The position numbers were made by a program, and so were the translations under genes. Positions 61,983 through 64,000 of a stretch of 64,000 nt of DNA are shown one piece after another. Each line of letters starts with the position of its first letter. Position 1 is the first letter of the stretch. The notes under the pieces were generated by a model that had not been told where the DNA came from, searched no databases, and saw only the letters and a program-made list of their open reading frames with translations. This DNA comes from Macrostomum lignano. Taxonomy: Eukaryota. The stretch lies in contig NIVC01001410.1 of NCBI GenBank assembly GCA_002269645.1, positions 186,001-250,000 on the forward strand, given 5' to 3'.

Positions 61983-63149
61983 CGCTGCTCCGGCGTCGCC
62001 ATTGGCTGGCACTGGCCGGAGGGTGGCGCGGCAGAGCGGCCTCATCCCGCCGTTCGACTACAAGCGGGAGGCTCGACCTTGAGAAGCTGCGCGCAGATAC
62101 TCAACAACCGATTCACCTCGAAGATGCTGGGCAGCCGACTGTTGGAGATCGTGACGCCGGGCGCGGCGGCCTCGCGCGAGTCCTCCGTCTGCAGCGACGA
62201 GGAGTCGCCGGCACCGTCGCCAGGAGCAACGGCGGAGCATCAGCGGCAGCAGCAGAACCAGCTGGAGCCGCTTCGGCACGCGCTGTCCTTCCGGGACCGG
62301 CTGCACTCGTCATCCGCCTCGAACAAGGCCGCCGGTGGAGCCGCCCGCCTCGCCACGGCCGCCGCCGAGGACCCCGGCTGGCAGCGGCTCGGCGTTGGCG
62401 ACGGCGCCGGCGGTGGCGGGGGGCTTCAACGGGCGCGCAGCATGCGGGAGGGCCGGCGGGCAATCACCGAGTTGCCCGGCAGCGGCGGCGGCGGAGGTGA
62501 TGGCGCCACCAGCGCGGATCCCGGGACTCTGGCGACCGCCTCTTCGGCCTCGACGTCGCCGCTTGACTTCAAGCTGCCGTCGCCGTCGCGAGCCACCGGC
62601 GGTTCCGGCCGAAGTCCACGCGCTTTCGAAGCGGAAGTGTCGGTGGAGCACTTCCAGTTTGAGCTTTACCAGCTGCCGAATTCGTCGTCGCAGGCACCGC
62701 CGCCACCGCTGTCGGTGACGCCTTCGACTTCCGAGTCGCAAGAGCCGCAGTGCGGCGTGGTGAACATCCGGATTGGCTATGACTTCGACCGTGCCTGCCT
62801 GCTGGTGACGCTGCGCCACGCCAAGGACCTTCGGCTGCCTGCAACGCCGGACGGCAAGCAGCAGCTAGCGCAGCCGCCGAGCCCCTTCGCCCGCGTGCAG
62901 CTGCTGCCGAGGAAACAGCAGCAGCGGCTCACCTCCGTGCAGAAGCGGACGGCCTGTCCGATCTGGAACGAGCAGCTGCGCTTCGACGTGGCCGACTATC
63001 GCGCCTGCCAGGCCGCCGAGCTGGAGGTCGAGCTGCGCAGCCACGACAGGCGGGGCAGTCGACGGATCGGCCTCGCCCGTGTGCAGCTGGCCGGCGTCAA
63101 CGTGCAGGCGGGGGATACCGTCAGCCTGCCGGTGTTTCCCCGCGCCTCG
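61983..63149 (+). CDS. Exon of a synaptotagmin-like C2-domain protein (partial; gene continues past the window). Acceptor at 61981-61982, first ATG 62124, donor at 63150
   Basis: C2A-like GVVNIRIGYDFDRACLLVTLRHAKDL...SPFARVQLLP...QKRTACPIWNEQLRF...IGLARVQL. Strong polypyrimidine tract before 61982; GTAGGT donor. Confidence 0.8.
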
Positions 63150-63192
63150 GTAGGTTTGGGGGAGGAATTTGAAAGTAATTATAGGGAAAACC

Positions 63193-63640
63193 GGTAGGTG
63201 ACCCAGAGGGCGAATCGGTAGGTGACCCAGAGGGCGAATCGGTAGGTGACCCAGAGGGCGAATCGGTAGGTGACCCAGAGGGCGAATCGGTAGGTGACCC
63301 AGAGGGCGAATCGGTAGGTGACCCAGAGGGCGAATCGGTAGGTGACCCAGAGGGCGAATCGGTAGGTGACCCAGAGGGCGAATCGGTAGGTGACCCAGAG
63401 GGCGAATCGGTAGGTGACCCAGAGGGCGAATCGGTAGGTGACCCAGAGGGCGAATCGGTAGGTGACCCAGAGGGCGAATCGGTAGGTGACCCAGAGGGCG
63501 AATCGGTAGGTGACCCAGAGGGCGAATCGGTAGGTGACCCAGAGGGCGAATCGGTAGGTGACCCAGAGGGCGAATCGGTAGGTGACCCAGAGGGCGAATC
63601 GGTAGGTGACCCAGAGGGCGAATCGGAAGGTGACCCAGAG
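63193..63640. repeat. 24-bp near-perfect minisatellite (GGTAGGTGACCCAGAGGGCGAATC), about 18.7 copies, intron of the C2 gene
   Basis: Direct reading. Confidence 0.97.
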
Positions 63641-64000
63641 TCAGTCTTTCCCCGTTATCTCGGATCGGCCAGTATTTTACGTGTTCTCGGGGGCCACTCG
63701 AGAAATCGACTCGAACTCAAGGGCGTGAGATGCACCTTAAGATTTCAGACCGCGACTTGCGTCACGAAGGTCGGCGAACTCGCGATCTGTACCGCAATCA
63801 ACAGATCAGATTCAATTTGACAGTAGTTGGATTAGAACTGCACTCACTTCCTTATAATTAGTAGCGCGTGACCTCCACTGCTCAAACAAAAGCTGCTCAA
63901 TTTTTAATAACGAAATCGCCTTCATCTGCCCCACCTGTCTGTCCCCAGAGAGGGGGCGGCTTCAGGCCAAACAGATAATCCTCTTTGGCCGAGCTTAATC

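Overview
Eukaryotic (animal) genomic DNA. GC-rich exons alternate with AT-rich spacers and a very high density of tandem repeats. The style suggests a free-living flatworm such as Macrostomum, but that is inference only. Splicing exons by hand (GT-AG, phase checked) gave eight gene models: VPS35 (+, 8 exons, 827 aa); a RACGAP1/CYK-4-like RhoGAP with no C1 domain (+); a ubiquitin-like plus ankyrin-repeat protein (-); an atypical Rab-family GTPase (+); an orphan low-complexity protein with a C-terminal hydrophobic tail (+); a DDAH-like probable pseudoenzyme (+); a Tctex1-family dynein light chain (+); and the start of a synaptotagmin-like C2-domain gene (+). There is also a frameshifted coding-like fragment at about 15.8-16.4 kb and a 5.5-kb non-coding element with terminal inverted repeats that carries an 88-bp satellite. 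Most long ORFs in the supplied track are artefacts of tandem repeats. The most striking structure is in the introns: 18 of 20 modelled introns carry their own tandem array. Several arrays resemble direct or inverted copies of their own 5' splice site, and the two arrays flanking VPS35 exon 7 are reverse complements of each other. No rRNA, tRNA or CRISPR array was recognised. Copy numbers are approximate hand counts.
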